Shown piece after piece: positions 11,424 through 22,900 of a DNA stretch of 64,000 nucleotides. Below the pieces are notes generated by a model that saw only the letters and a list, made by a program, of their open reading frames with translations, made no database searches and was not told the origin of the DNA. A program made the position numbers and the translations under genes. This DNA comes from Trichoplax adhaerens. Lineage: Eukaryota > Animalia > Placozoa. The DNA lies in NCBI RefSeq assembly GCF_000150275.1, contig NW_002060964.1:611643-675642 (forward strand), read 5' to 3'. The first letter of the stretch is position 1, and the number at the start of each line of letters is the position of its first letter.

Positions 11424-14400
11424 ATGTCTTTATTTACTGGTTTAAATATTAAATCAACTCATGAAGGTGAGCAACGTCAAGATGATGATGGCCAACAGAC
11501 TAGGCAAGAAAGCCATTTGTTGCAATCATCTTTCTCCTTTCTACGCCAAGGTAAGCATAACTCATCACATTCACGTTCTTCCTAGGTTATCATCATGATT
11601 GATGAGTCACGAAAACCATCCTAATTCATACGTATCAAAATTGTACCATTAGCCACTAGCTCTGATAATGAAAGCGCCATAAGTTTAACTCCGGAAAAGA
11701 AGAATCCATCCAGTCATGTCAGAACAACTAAAAAGAAATTCAGAAAGACAAATAAGCTAAAACCTGGTCATGCCCGACAAGAAGCTTTACAAGTCGCTGC
11801 CCAATTTGAAGGTAAGAGAATACCGCTTCAATGATCGCTAAATCATCAAGATAATACAAAGACTGACGGTAGAATAGGAGTATTAAGAACTTTCATAAAT
11901 GAAAACTTACTTATTAGTAGTTTAATTCTGTGCTCGACGTGGGTGTATTATTCGATTTAAAGGGATTCAACAACGATCAGGTGATGATCACGAAAATGCT
12001 ACAAGAAGAATGCCAACAAGTGATAAAGCTAGTCTTCAGGGATCCAAGGAAATGGAGACAACTGATAGTGATAGCCAAATTGAGTTAACGCCAACAAGTG
12101 CTAAAGTGAGTCTTCAAGGATCCGAGCAAAGGGAGACAACTGATAATGATAGCCAAATTGAATTAACGTCGCAGAAAAATCCAGGCAATGCTACTATGAA
12201 TGTTATTCAACTCTCTGAGGAAGAAATAGCTCAATCAAGTAGCAGCAGTAGTCAAGCCATTGCAAATGAAGATTGCAGTAGTAATGATACATCAATACAA
12301 TCGGATATACAAACCATGACGATAAAAGAAAGTCATAATGATTATGGTGTGCAATCGATTAGCGAGTCAAGCTACTCGGATGATAGAAGCTTGGCTGGAA
12401 AGCTGCGTATTCAAGACAATGATACAACCCATTTAGCGGATGATGGGGATATTGAAATTTTACTAGAGACAACCAAACAAAGTTCAACCTCTCATAATGA
12501 TCACGACCAAGATACAAAGGACGATGATTCTAATAAAGGTATACTCGTATACTGATAGCAGCCATTTTCTACATTAAATTAGCATAGGTTACAATATTAA
12601 AGTGTAGTACACAGAGTAGATTGATATTTCTTTATGATCCACTATTAAACAAAATGAAAAAATTATACACCATGGAGATATACGAAATTAAGAAATCCTT
12701 CATTGAGATTTTGACTCCTATAGTCTACAAATAGTACATTTTCAATTTTGTAAATATATAATTGTCAATGAATTGCACTTGATAAACCTTTTTTTTGATT
12801 CCTTGGTGTGTGTAATCATGACTGTTGCAGAGGAATTCATTAGTAAAAAAGTTATCAACATTAAAAAAGTATTGGATTCTAAAGTGAAGCAAAATGAGTA
12901 AGTTATCTTTAAAATATACCTAAGGAAATATTTTCAACTAATAATACGCTGTACTGTACAATACTTGCAATTACGTCAAATCAGCCATGATTCATGGTGA
13001 ATGGATAAGACTTATCTTATCAATTATTGACTATGCAAACTAACATTGGTTTATCCTAGATTCCAACTAAACAAGGTCAAAATCGAGTATGAAACGTATG
13101 TTAAATCGACGACGGAATATTATCAGCAAAGACTAGATTTACGTCATGAACTATCGAAATTATTTGATGAACAAGATAAAGCTGCAGCTAGAGAAGACTA
13201 TGAAATGGCTGAAGAAATGAATAATAAGATAGATGATCTAAGAGATCAATTAAGTATTACAGCTGTAACTCATCGCCACCATCAAGATAATCAACAGACG
13301 ACGTCGATATTAAATAAATACATTGATGCGTATGAAGAAGAAATCAATGCGTACAAAATAGCGGTTGAAGAACTGGTTGATATCGAAACAGAAGAAAAAG
13401 TATTTATTGAGGAGCGACAAAAACAGTTAAATGATGAATTACACCAAATAAAACATTTTATAGAAGCTAAAGAGGATAGATTAAAGCGTTTACGAAGTAG
13501 AGTTGTATTAGATAGGCAACATATAGAAAATGAAGAAAATTTATTAAAGGTAATTTTTACCGATTGGTCACTTCTGGAATGCATTCATTCTAATATCGTA
13601 AAATAGGATAATTCCATTCTGTAATCAATAACTGATGTGAAATACTTTATATTACAGGCAGAAGTAGAAAATAAAACTCAAGTGTACTCTAGTAGAATAA
13701 ACGTACTAACTTTGGAATTATCAGATATAAGAAAAGAAATAGTTAATTTGGAAAAGTTATTAGAGGAAGCACATTTAAAGGAAGTAGAACATGTCCTAGC
13801 AATTGAGAAAGAACAGAAAAATATCGATATTGTTAAAAAAGAATTATCACTCGAGTGGTCAGATCTAAGCGAAGAAAAACTAAAGATCAAATGTCGAGAA
13901 GACCAGTTAGAAGATGAAGAGGTGTTATGGACTTTAATAGATATAACTTAATAAGCGTTATGAAATACCTTTGCGCCTATTTATAGCATCTTTTAACAAA
14001 GCCGTTATTCAAATTAATGACCTAGAAAAAGTTGCAATTATATCAGCGTGAATACGATACAAAAATGGAGGGTTTAGGACAAGCCGGATTCAGGTATTGA
14101 ATGATGATGAAACATTATTTCCACCATAAAATAATGTATATAAGTCGGACTTTCGGATTTAATCCACTTTATTCTATAGAGCTGATTCAGCATTTGGTTG
14201 TATATCCGCTCTTATCAGTGAGAGTAAAACTGATCTTGACAAGAAAAATCTAGAATTAGAGAAATTTAAGACGTTTAGAAAGAAGTGGCCATGCAATACA
14301 TCTCAGGTTGCGCAAACGCTAAGGTAACCACTTGTAACTTTAAATAAGTCTTTCTCCAAAAAGCTGCTGCTTTGCTCTTGCTTGCCTTTTTTGGTTAAAG

Positions 14401-15708
14401 TCATTCCTTAAATCAGTTTTAGGAAGGAGTTGCAAGAACTAACAAATAACGTCGCGAAACTAACCACTGAGGTATGACTTTTGATGATTGTGAATTGTGT
14501 AAAGGTATGTATTTTTTGTTTACAATTTAATAACGCTAATAATAATTCAATAGGTTACCAATAAAGAAGCAATGATTGCCACGCTGAAAAAACGATCAGC
14601 AGAAATACAGGATAAATGCTCTGAGTTACAAACAGCTAAGAAACTTGCAGCTGATAGTAAGTTAATGCGATACATTGAACAATGCAACATGCAAAAAATA
14701 GCAATCGCTTACTCTGGTAATGTAACCATGTATGTAATTGGTATAATGCGGTTTAAATGATGCAGGGAGAAATTTTAGAGAAGCTAAGAAGTTAGCCAAT
14801 GAACTAAAAGCGTTAAATGAAGAACATCAAAACTACAAGTTGCAACTTCAGGCTGTCGAAGTAGATCTAGAAAGCCATTCGGCCGATTTAGTGCAAGCAC
14901 AAACTCTATTAAGTAATCGCCAAAAAGAAGTAAACAGCATCGAAATGAAAGAATGTGAGGCGATTGACTCTACAGAATAGTTTCACTTGCTTTGTTCATA
15001 TCTTTTAATTGACTAACGCTTATTATTTTTTGTATGTGCTCCCTATAGGTAGCAGTCTTTTAGTCATAATCGTTGATTCAATCAAAAAATTAAAGTCCCA
15101 GTTAGAAATGTAAGTCTCGAAATTTAATATTATCTATTTAAGCTGTAATAGTATAATAGTACAGTACTTGTAACGAAATAGAATATTAGCATTCTTTGTG
15201 TAAAATTTGTTGTATATTTAGATTATCTTCAGAAGATCTTCTTAGAACCGTAATTCAACAAGAGTTAACTGTATATATGGTGAGTATGGAGGCGTTCGTG
15301 ACAACATGTTAATATAATTACAGCACTACATTAATCATTACTATATTCGATTAATAGATGATTAAAAATGAATTGGACAGTCTTGTTCCTAAATTAAACG
15401 TTGGCGAAAGCGCATTAAAAATTGATTTAGCTGAATCTTGCAATCCAGAAGAAATTAAATATAAAATGAAAAAATTGGAAAGTCAATTGGAATCAGCCGT
15501 AGTAGAAGAGGATTACGATCTAGCTGATATCCTTCGATGTTTTACCCGAATGATGTTGTAATCTGCTATATATTAATTTTTTAAAGATCATTGTAGTGTA
15601 CCATATTTTCTTTAACAATGCCTAAATGATCTGCATGAACAGTTAAAATCGTTAGGCGATTACCTAGACCAAATGAAACGAGAAGATCCGCAAGCTACCT
15701 CGGCATGA
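11424..15708 (+). CDS. Coiled-coil protein with UVR (UvrB/UvrC)-like motifs, ~868 aa, 15 exons, function unknown
   Basis: Hand-built phase-consistent exon chain: 11424-11550, 11653-11811, 11963-12538, 12831-12897, 13060-13549, 13658-13921, 14026-14093, 14180-14323, 14423-14471, 14554-14656, 14766-14954, 15049-15109, 15222-15279, 15358-15526, 15626-15708 (2607 nt, divisible by 3). Motifs: N-terminal MSLFTGL, basic KKKFRKTNKLKPGHAR, AAAREDYEMAEEMNNKI, AADRRNFREAKKLANEL, AVVEEDYDLADDLHEQL. Confidence 0.85.
12013..12168 (+). repeat. In-frame 78-bp (26-aa) tandem duplication within exon 3 of the UVR-like gene
   Basis: PTSDKASLQGSKEMETTDSDSQIELT / PTSAKVSLQGSEQRETTDNDSQIELT, with copies starting at 12013 and 12091. 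Confidence 0.95.
15527..15625 (+). other. U12-type (minor spliceosome) intron with AT-AA termini (alternative AT-AC acceptor at 15640)
   Basis: The 5' end ATATCCTT matches the U12 donor consensus. A branch site TTTTCTTTAAC lies at 15606-15616, about 10 nt before the inferred 3' end. The intron contains an in-frame stop, and its removal completes the motif EEDYDLADDLHEQL. Confidence 0.8.
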
Positions 15709-16906
15709 AAGACTGCTTTCAACTTTAGAGATTGTGAAATTTCTCATAGCAAAAGCATGAAACTTTTAATATTTAAACTTGGTTGTATAATAAATTCATA
15801 GCCACTCAGTACGAAAGGATAGTCCTATACTGTATTTTCAAATAATCAATGTATTACATCTATGCGTCGTAATCGTAAAATTACGCAAGTAATGAAAGCC
15901 ATACTTTAAACAATTCTATTTTTATTTTCGTACCAGTCATATGTTGAAGACTGGAAGAGGTATCACAGGCATATACCCTATGATTTTCCAATACTGAAAC
16001 ACTATAAATACTGTATCATACTATCGTAAACATATTCTTTTAGGCGTTTCGAATAATCATGCACGTTTACGTTATTTGGATTGCGTCATAGTTACTATTC
16101 CTACCCTATTTCTGAAGATGCTGCAGCGATTTACTATGTTGCAAGTGATATGACGTTATATTAGAAAAAATTGGAAAATTGTAGCTCCTCCATACTGAAC
16201 TGCAAATTTGTTGCTCTTGAGATTAATTTTTTACCGCACACTTAAATTTCGGCATAATTGCGTTACGTAGCTAAATTAAATTTATCAAGTTTTCCATCAA
16301 GATTACTGTCCTAATGACTGAGTGTACACGAAAAATATACAACTTAGGAAAGCGTGAGCCGTAATATCTGTGACCAATTTTTTTTTTGTAGTATCTTTTC
16401 TTTTATTACTTGCATTTATCGATTTACTTCACGCATTGAGTGTCAATGAGACTTTCTATTTAATAAGAAATACTCAAAAATTTATTGAGTTGTCATATCC
16501 TAAATTAATGATCGCGTCTAGTTTACCATACTGTCTAGTGATTGTCGGGCTATGTCATCAATTTACATTGATACTACTCATGAATAAAGAAGTAAAACAT
16601 TTTAAGTATTTTCGCAACAATTTAAAAGAGCAGATTGCTGCTAAGAATCGAAAGGAAAAAAATTGCATAAGTTTGCTGGGGTACATAATCTATCATCATT
16701 TGATCATTACCGTACAACGTTGGTATAGTAAAAGTTCTAACATTGAGCGCTAACTTAAATTAATTACAAAAGCACAGTTATATATCTGATAAATGCTACC
16801 AAGGTAATAAGCAACTTAAGTCAATGATAAATTGCACGTAATATTACCATATATGAGTAAGTCAATGACGTTAAGATAATGACATTTGCAATCAAATGCG
16901 ATAGTA

Positions 16907-19900
16907 TTAACGCTTTTTTCCGAAAAGACCTCTTTTCTTCTTATCTTTCTTATCCTTATCCTTAGCTGCTGCGGCTGATGTTGCTGCTGGTGCAGCCGTT
17001 GGTGCAGCAGTTTGTCCAGGGGGTGAAGGAGCCTCACGACGACTTGGTTTTTCATTTATAGATTCATTGCTTGGAGACTTACGTGGACTGCCAGTAACTT
17101 CTCGGTCTTCATCACCATAGCCACCAGATGGCGTATCACCCTTAATATAATCCAGCCATTTATTCATTTCATCCTATAGATTAAATGAAGCAATGAATGT
17201 CAAGACTTAGTTAGGAAATTACCTCTCAAAGTCTGATAGTAAAATTAGATTGATCCTTAACTATCATAAAAAATATGCCTCTTCTTATTACTCACATTAC
17301 TACCAGCTTGCAATAAGTATCCATTGCCATCAGGGGCTCTATTATTTGCAAGATAAATCAACATAAGTCATCATTTTGCCATAGTTAATCTTTACTAGAA
17401 GCTTAAATTCACTATGTTTATTAGTTTTAGGTAAGGATATTATTTAATATTGATTTCGACATACTTGAATCTAAACACGTTCTTTTTCTTCTTGTAATCA
17501 ATTGCCATACCACACTGGCAACCAGTAATGGAAATTTCTGGAGCATTCGATTTCTGTAATGGACAAATAATTAATAACTCAGATATTTATCGAATAACGT
17601 CACGTAAAAAACAAACATAGGAATCACGATTGAAACGAGGATTCTTACATTTTGAAATTGTTTGCGATCTTTATAGAATATGAGATTGGTACCATTTAAA
17701 ACAACAAAGTATTTGTCCCACGATCTAGTACAACGACAATAAATGAGTTACACGCTCAAAAACATGATAATTGCTTAATAAATATATTCTGCAACTGAAC
17801 CTTTTATCAGCCTTTTTACCACCAGCCTCAGTCTCATGTTTGCGATGTAGCGTACCCATCATGATGGGTTCTTCTTCTTTGGGTTCATCTTCCGCTTCTG
17901 GAAGTGGTTCCACGTCTTCATCACTAGAATAAGGAATTAAGGAGTAAGATAGTGATAAATATAATGAACAGCAGGATCCAGAGTGTGGGGAAACCTAGCT
18001 ACTAGTTTCGTAATGAATAGTCAATGACAACGTAGATTCCAATCATAACAATATTGCAAAGTTGTCGATTATGTAGATAATTATGGCCAATACTTACTCT
18101 TCATCTTCTACTGATGCCAACTTAGCCCTAGGTGGCGATTCATCAGCATCATCATCAGTTACTTTATCATCCGTAGAAGCTTCTTGCACATCTTCATCCT
18201 CTAGGTCTTTCTCAACAGCTGTCTCTGTATTATCTTCTTCATGAGCATCCCCATTCATGTTAACTTCAGCTTCTTCATTGGTCAAGGCAGTTTCTTCTTC
18301 ATTGGTCAAGGCAGTTTCTTCATTGGTCAAGGCAGTTTCATCATCGTCATTCTCAAACACTTCTTCATTACTTTCCTCAGCAACGTGGTTGATCTTTTCA
18401 TCATTTACTTCGCTAGGGATCTGTTCAGACTGGAAAGGGTCATTTTGCATAAAATCATTCTCAAACATCGGATTTTCATATGTATCATCGGATGCAGTGC
18501 TATCTCCAAACGGATCGCTGCCAAAGGCGTTAAGGTGATTATTAGTAGTTTCATCATTCTTAGCTTGTTGGTCGGTAACTTGTTGGCCTCCTTCTTCATT
18601 TTCGACTTCTAATTCAGTTTCTTTAGTTAGACTTTTTACGTCTTCTCGGCTCTAAACCCAAATAGTATTTCAAGAAACAATATTTACAAGCTGTGACTAT
18701 AATTAGTAGCGATCAATGCGGGACAAAAATAAACTACATAATGGAATTAGTGATTTACTAACTGAAAAACTGGCTAATCTGTCTCTGGATTGTTCCAGAT
18801 TTGATAAAAGTTCACCAGCTTTTTCTCTCATTCCTTCCAATTCTTTTTCGGTCTCAGCTATAGAATGTAATAACATCAGCAGTATTATTGAGCACAGATT
18901 TAAAGACCACAAACATGTTGCATACAACATCATTTTAATGACTACTAACCGCGAGAGGCTTCCCTTTCCTTTCTTCGTTGTTCTTCGCGCTCTTTAAACA
19001 TATCGGTATTTCTATTTTCATAAGTATGATTTTGCAAGAACCACATCATATCTTCTTTATCTTGCAAATATTCCCGAAATTGCTGAATATGTAGTTTTCT
19101 GGTTACTTCTTCACGCTTTTCCATTTCTTTTCCTACTTCATCCATTTCTCTTCTTTCAAACTTTTGATGGACAATGATTTGTTTTAATGCCAGCAGTTGG
19201 GAATAAAAATGCATTTATTTCAATTAAACGATATAATAAACATTGATAAAAAAATAAGTCTAATTTCATTTTTTATATTGATACGTAAGCACAGGATTTT
19301 AATTAAAAATAATAAGGAATTCAATAAAACCGAAGCTAGTCACGCCAATGCATATTATTGCATTGAAAGCACAGTTGGGTATTAGTAAGAGTCGATATTA
19401 ATTTTTAATATTGTATTTATGTTCGCAATAAAGACCTATCTGCAATAATATTTGATGACATTATGTAAAGTGTTAACACTGCTAGGTTCTCACATCTGTT
19501 AATTCCATCATTTTCTTAAAACGATCTCGTTGGGCAGCTAAAGCTATTTGCAGCTCACTTTGCTTCTTTATGATGTCTTCAAGATTTGACAGGTTCTACG
19601 ATGAATAAGGGAAAATGAGAACAAGATTATGACACGTACACTAGCCAGCATCCTATACACTGTGGAAGCATATCAATTCTTGTACGCAGCAAATCAATTG
19701 TGAGAAAGTACTCAATTAGGAGTTTAAGAAGTTTCATGCACTTCACATAATTCAGAAAATGTTTAATTTACATTTAAATCCATCTCGATTGGACTAGCTT
19801 CGCAATTAGTGAGCCAAGAATCTCCTTTGTTCATATCTTCTTCAAATTTAAAAGCCTTCAAATCTGTTTTAATAGTATTTACACAATGAAATGTTATTAA

Positions 19901-22900
19901 TCCAATTCACTACCAATTTCTGCTCAAGTTATATATCGCAGTTGCGATAAAGCATTCAGGGGTATTAATAATGGTAACTATAGAATGGCTTACAAATGTC
20001 ATACTCTCGGTAATACATTTCCCATTCGACTTTGAGATCAGCATAGACATTCAATAAGGCTTCCATTCTCACCGTAATCTAGACAGTATTATCACTTTAG
20101 GAAAGCTATTTATGACACACACAAATGTGTAAGAAAGATAATCCAAGTTTTATATATTACTTCTTTCTTGGCGTAATTATCACGTTCAATTAAGGTATCC
20201 CCTTTTTCTTTGGCTGTATTAAATCTTTCTTCATAGCTTTCAATTTCCTCTTTAATGTTCTTTAAACTTGCAATCACCCTCTCACCAGAAGGCACATCTC
20301 TGAAGATGAATATATTTTTAGCAAAGAAAATATCTCAATCACAATACTGAAAGTCATAAAACTTTCTTCCTATTTGAGTACATCACGATTACATGCTAAC
20401 TTAATGGAACACGAAACTTACTCGGGCTCCTCTAAATTATGAATTTCATCATATACATCTGTTATCCACATGATCAAGTCATCAATTATGACAATTAACT
20501 TGAATAAATCTAGAGTTTGCAGGAGTTGTGATCGCCTCCAATTCGATTTATCATTAATTGCTTTCCAACAAGCTTTAACATCATCCATGCATTTTTTAAT
20601 CTTTTCCTCCTCTCCATTGCTTTGATGTTCAGCAGCAAGATTTTTCGATTGTTGGCGTAAGCCATTAATCTAAATTACCCAATGTGTTAAAAATATATCA
20701 ACTATATATTGCACTGATACTACTAAAATCTTGTATTTACCTTGACTTCTAAGCCCACTAAATCATGTTGGAAGCTGTCGTGCTTCCGGTAGAATGCAGA
20801 TGTGGAATTATAGTCTCTACCAAGATCGCTAGGCAAAATTTGATCCTTATGCTTAAAGTAAAATTATATCCAGTTATTAGTTACGTTAGGTGCATAGTAT
20901 TTACATAACACCTCTGATTGCAATCCTGAATAAAATATTGCATTGTGAAGGTTATGAATTTAGTAAATCAGTTGTAACGGTAATCACAATAGCTAGCCAA
21001 TTCTTTTATTGCTATGAATGCAGAATAATTAGTAAAAAGAAAATATTACCAAAATGTGTTGCTGTAGCTCGTTCAGGTCATAATAATATTTGTATAATTC
21101 GCGTGTTCCCTCTAACAGCTGCAATTAAGCCGAGACGATATCCCGATTAATCGTACTTGCATTGAACAAACAGTGCCTCTATGAACATATATGTATAAGT
21201 ACTGTAAAGACAGAATCTTTAAACTTACTTCAAATCGACCATTGATCAACTTCATTAGTACTTCCCATAACTCATTGATGCCATTCTTCCATTCTGAGAT
21301 AGTTGCTGATTCGCTATGGCCAGTACTAATCAACTGATCGGCCATAGTATTAACTTGCCGGATTCGATCAGTACCTGTTGTTTTGGTGTTATCGACCCAT
21401 TTTTCGAAAGCGTCTTGAATAATCTTAGTCAAGTATGAAATATATCACGTATTACTGCAAGTGTTAATGATCCAATACGATAAGTAACAGTTATTCACTA
21501 GCCAAATTTGCACTAACTAGAAATACGCGCATACTCAATTCCTTATCTTTTTTGAAACTCTAACATACCTAACGCATCGTAAACTAAGTATTGTATATAG
21601 ATAGTTATTTACCGCTTAGAGTAGAGAAAAAAAATCAGCTACTGAATCTTACTTTAGAACAATTTCCACACAATTCTTTAGGATGATATAAATTGCAAAG
21701 TATAGAAACGGGTAATTATATATTCCGTTATTTAAGATATACAGTAGTTATGGATTTCCAGAAATGGTTAAATGTAACAAGAAAGTGTAAACTTAACTAC
21801 TGCAATGATTGTGGCCTCATAAGCAAAGGCCACATCTGTCATAATTAAGTATTAAAACTAATTTATCCTATAGAAAGCAGGGGCATGCATGTATACGGTT
21901 CGTGTTTTAATACCTCCAAGTGTTCATAATCAGCGCCGCATTCCTTAGATTTTGCAATTGTCTCACAATCACCGAGCCAAAGCTCCAGATCATCAACCTT
22001 GGTTATTAAATTACAATTATGTGCACAGATTTTTAATTACTCAATTACAGTATCTTATTCATCATTAATATCGCTGCATTACTTCTCTATTAAACTGATA
22101 CAGTTTAATTATTTCATTGAGGCGGTCACGTCTTTCATCAGCTAAAATTTTTAATTGCGTAAATCGATTGTCAGCATCTTCCATTGCATCTCGGATATCC
22201 TCACTACATCAAATAAAGAAACAAGATCTTTAGTTGCCTTTCTTTCATTACGAATATTTTAAGAATGCGCAATTTACAATTGCAACCCTAATAGTTTGGA
22301 AAAATTAAGGAACTTAAACATTTAAAAGATCCACTTACAACCAAATTTAGAAAGATATTCTAGAGAGTAGCCTTTTACCTTATAAACAGTTCTTCCTGCA
22401 CTAAATCATCGGCGCCATTACGTAGCTCTTCTAAATGATTGCGATAATCTTTAATTGATGACTGCAAGTTATTATGGTTCTTCATCATAGTTAGTGCGCT
22501 ATCTTCATCCTAATATTAATGTATCAATCCAACCACAATATACATTGTCAATCCTATTCATATGTAATATTCTGTAAAATACAATTGTTGTTACCTTTGG
22601 TCTATCATCAGAAGTTAAAACGGCAACTTTATCAATCATCCAAGACTCAGCTTCGTCGATCTCGAACAAGTGCTGAATGCAGTAAAGATTACAATATGTT
22701 ATAAGAATATTTAATCAAAGAACATTACTGCAAAGTCTTTATCAATGACAGTATATACCTGATGGGCTTTATAGTATTTGTCTAAAAGACTTTCTCGTTC
22801 CTTGCAATACTGTTCTAATAGAACGAATTTATCTTTCATTAATGCAATACTATTCTGAATATCGTCAGCACTTGGGTGGCCCTCAGCAATTAAAGCTTCA

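Noticed and set aside
16370-16753. 127-aa hydrophobic plus-strand ORF
   Set aside because: Non-ATG start and AT-rich composition; it lies in the probable 3' UTR of beta-spectrin 1 on the opposite strand.
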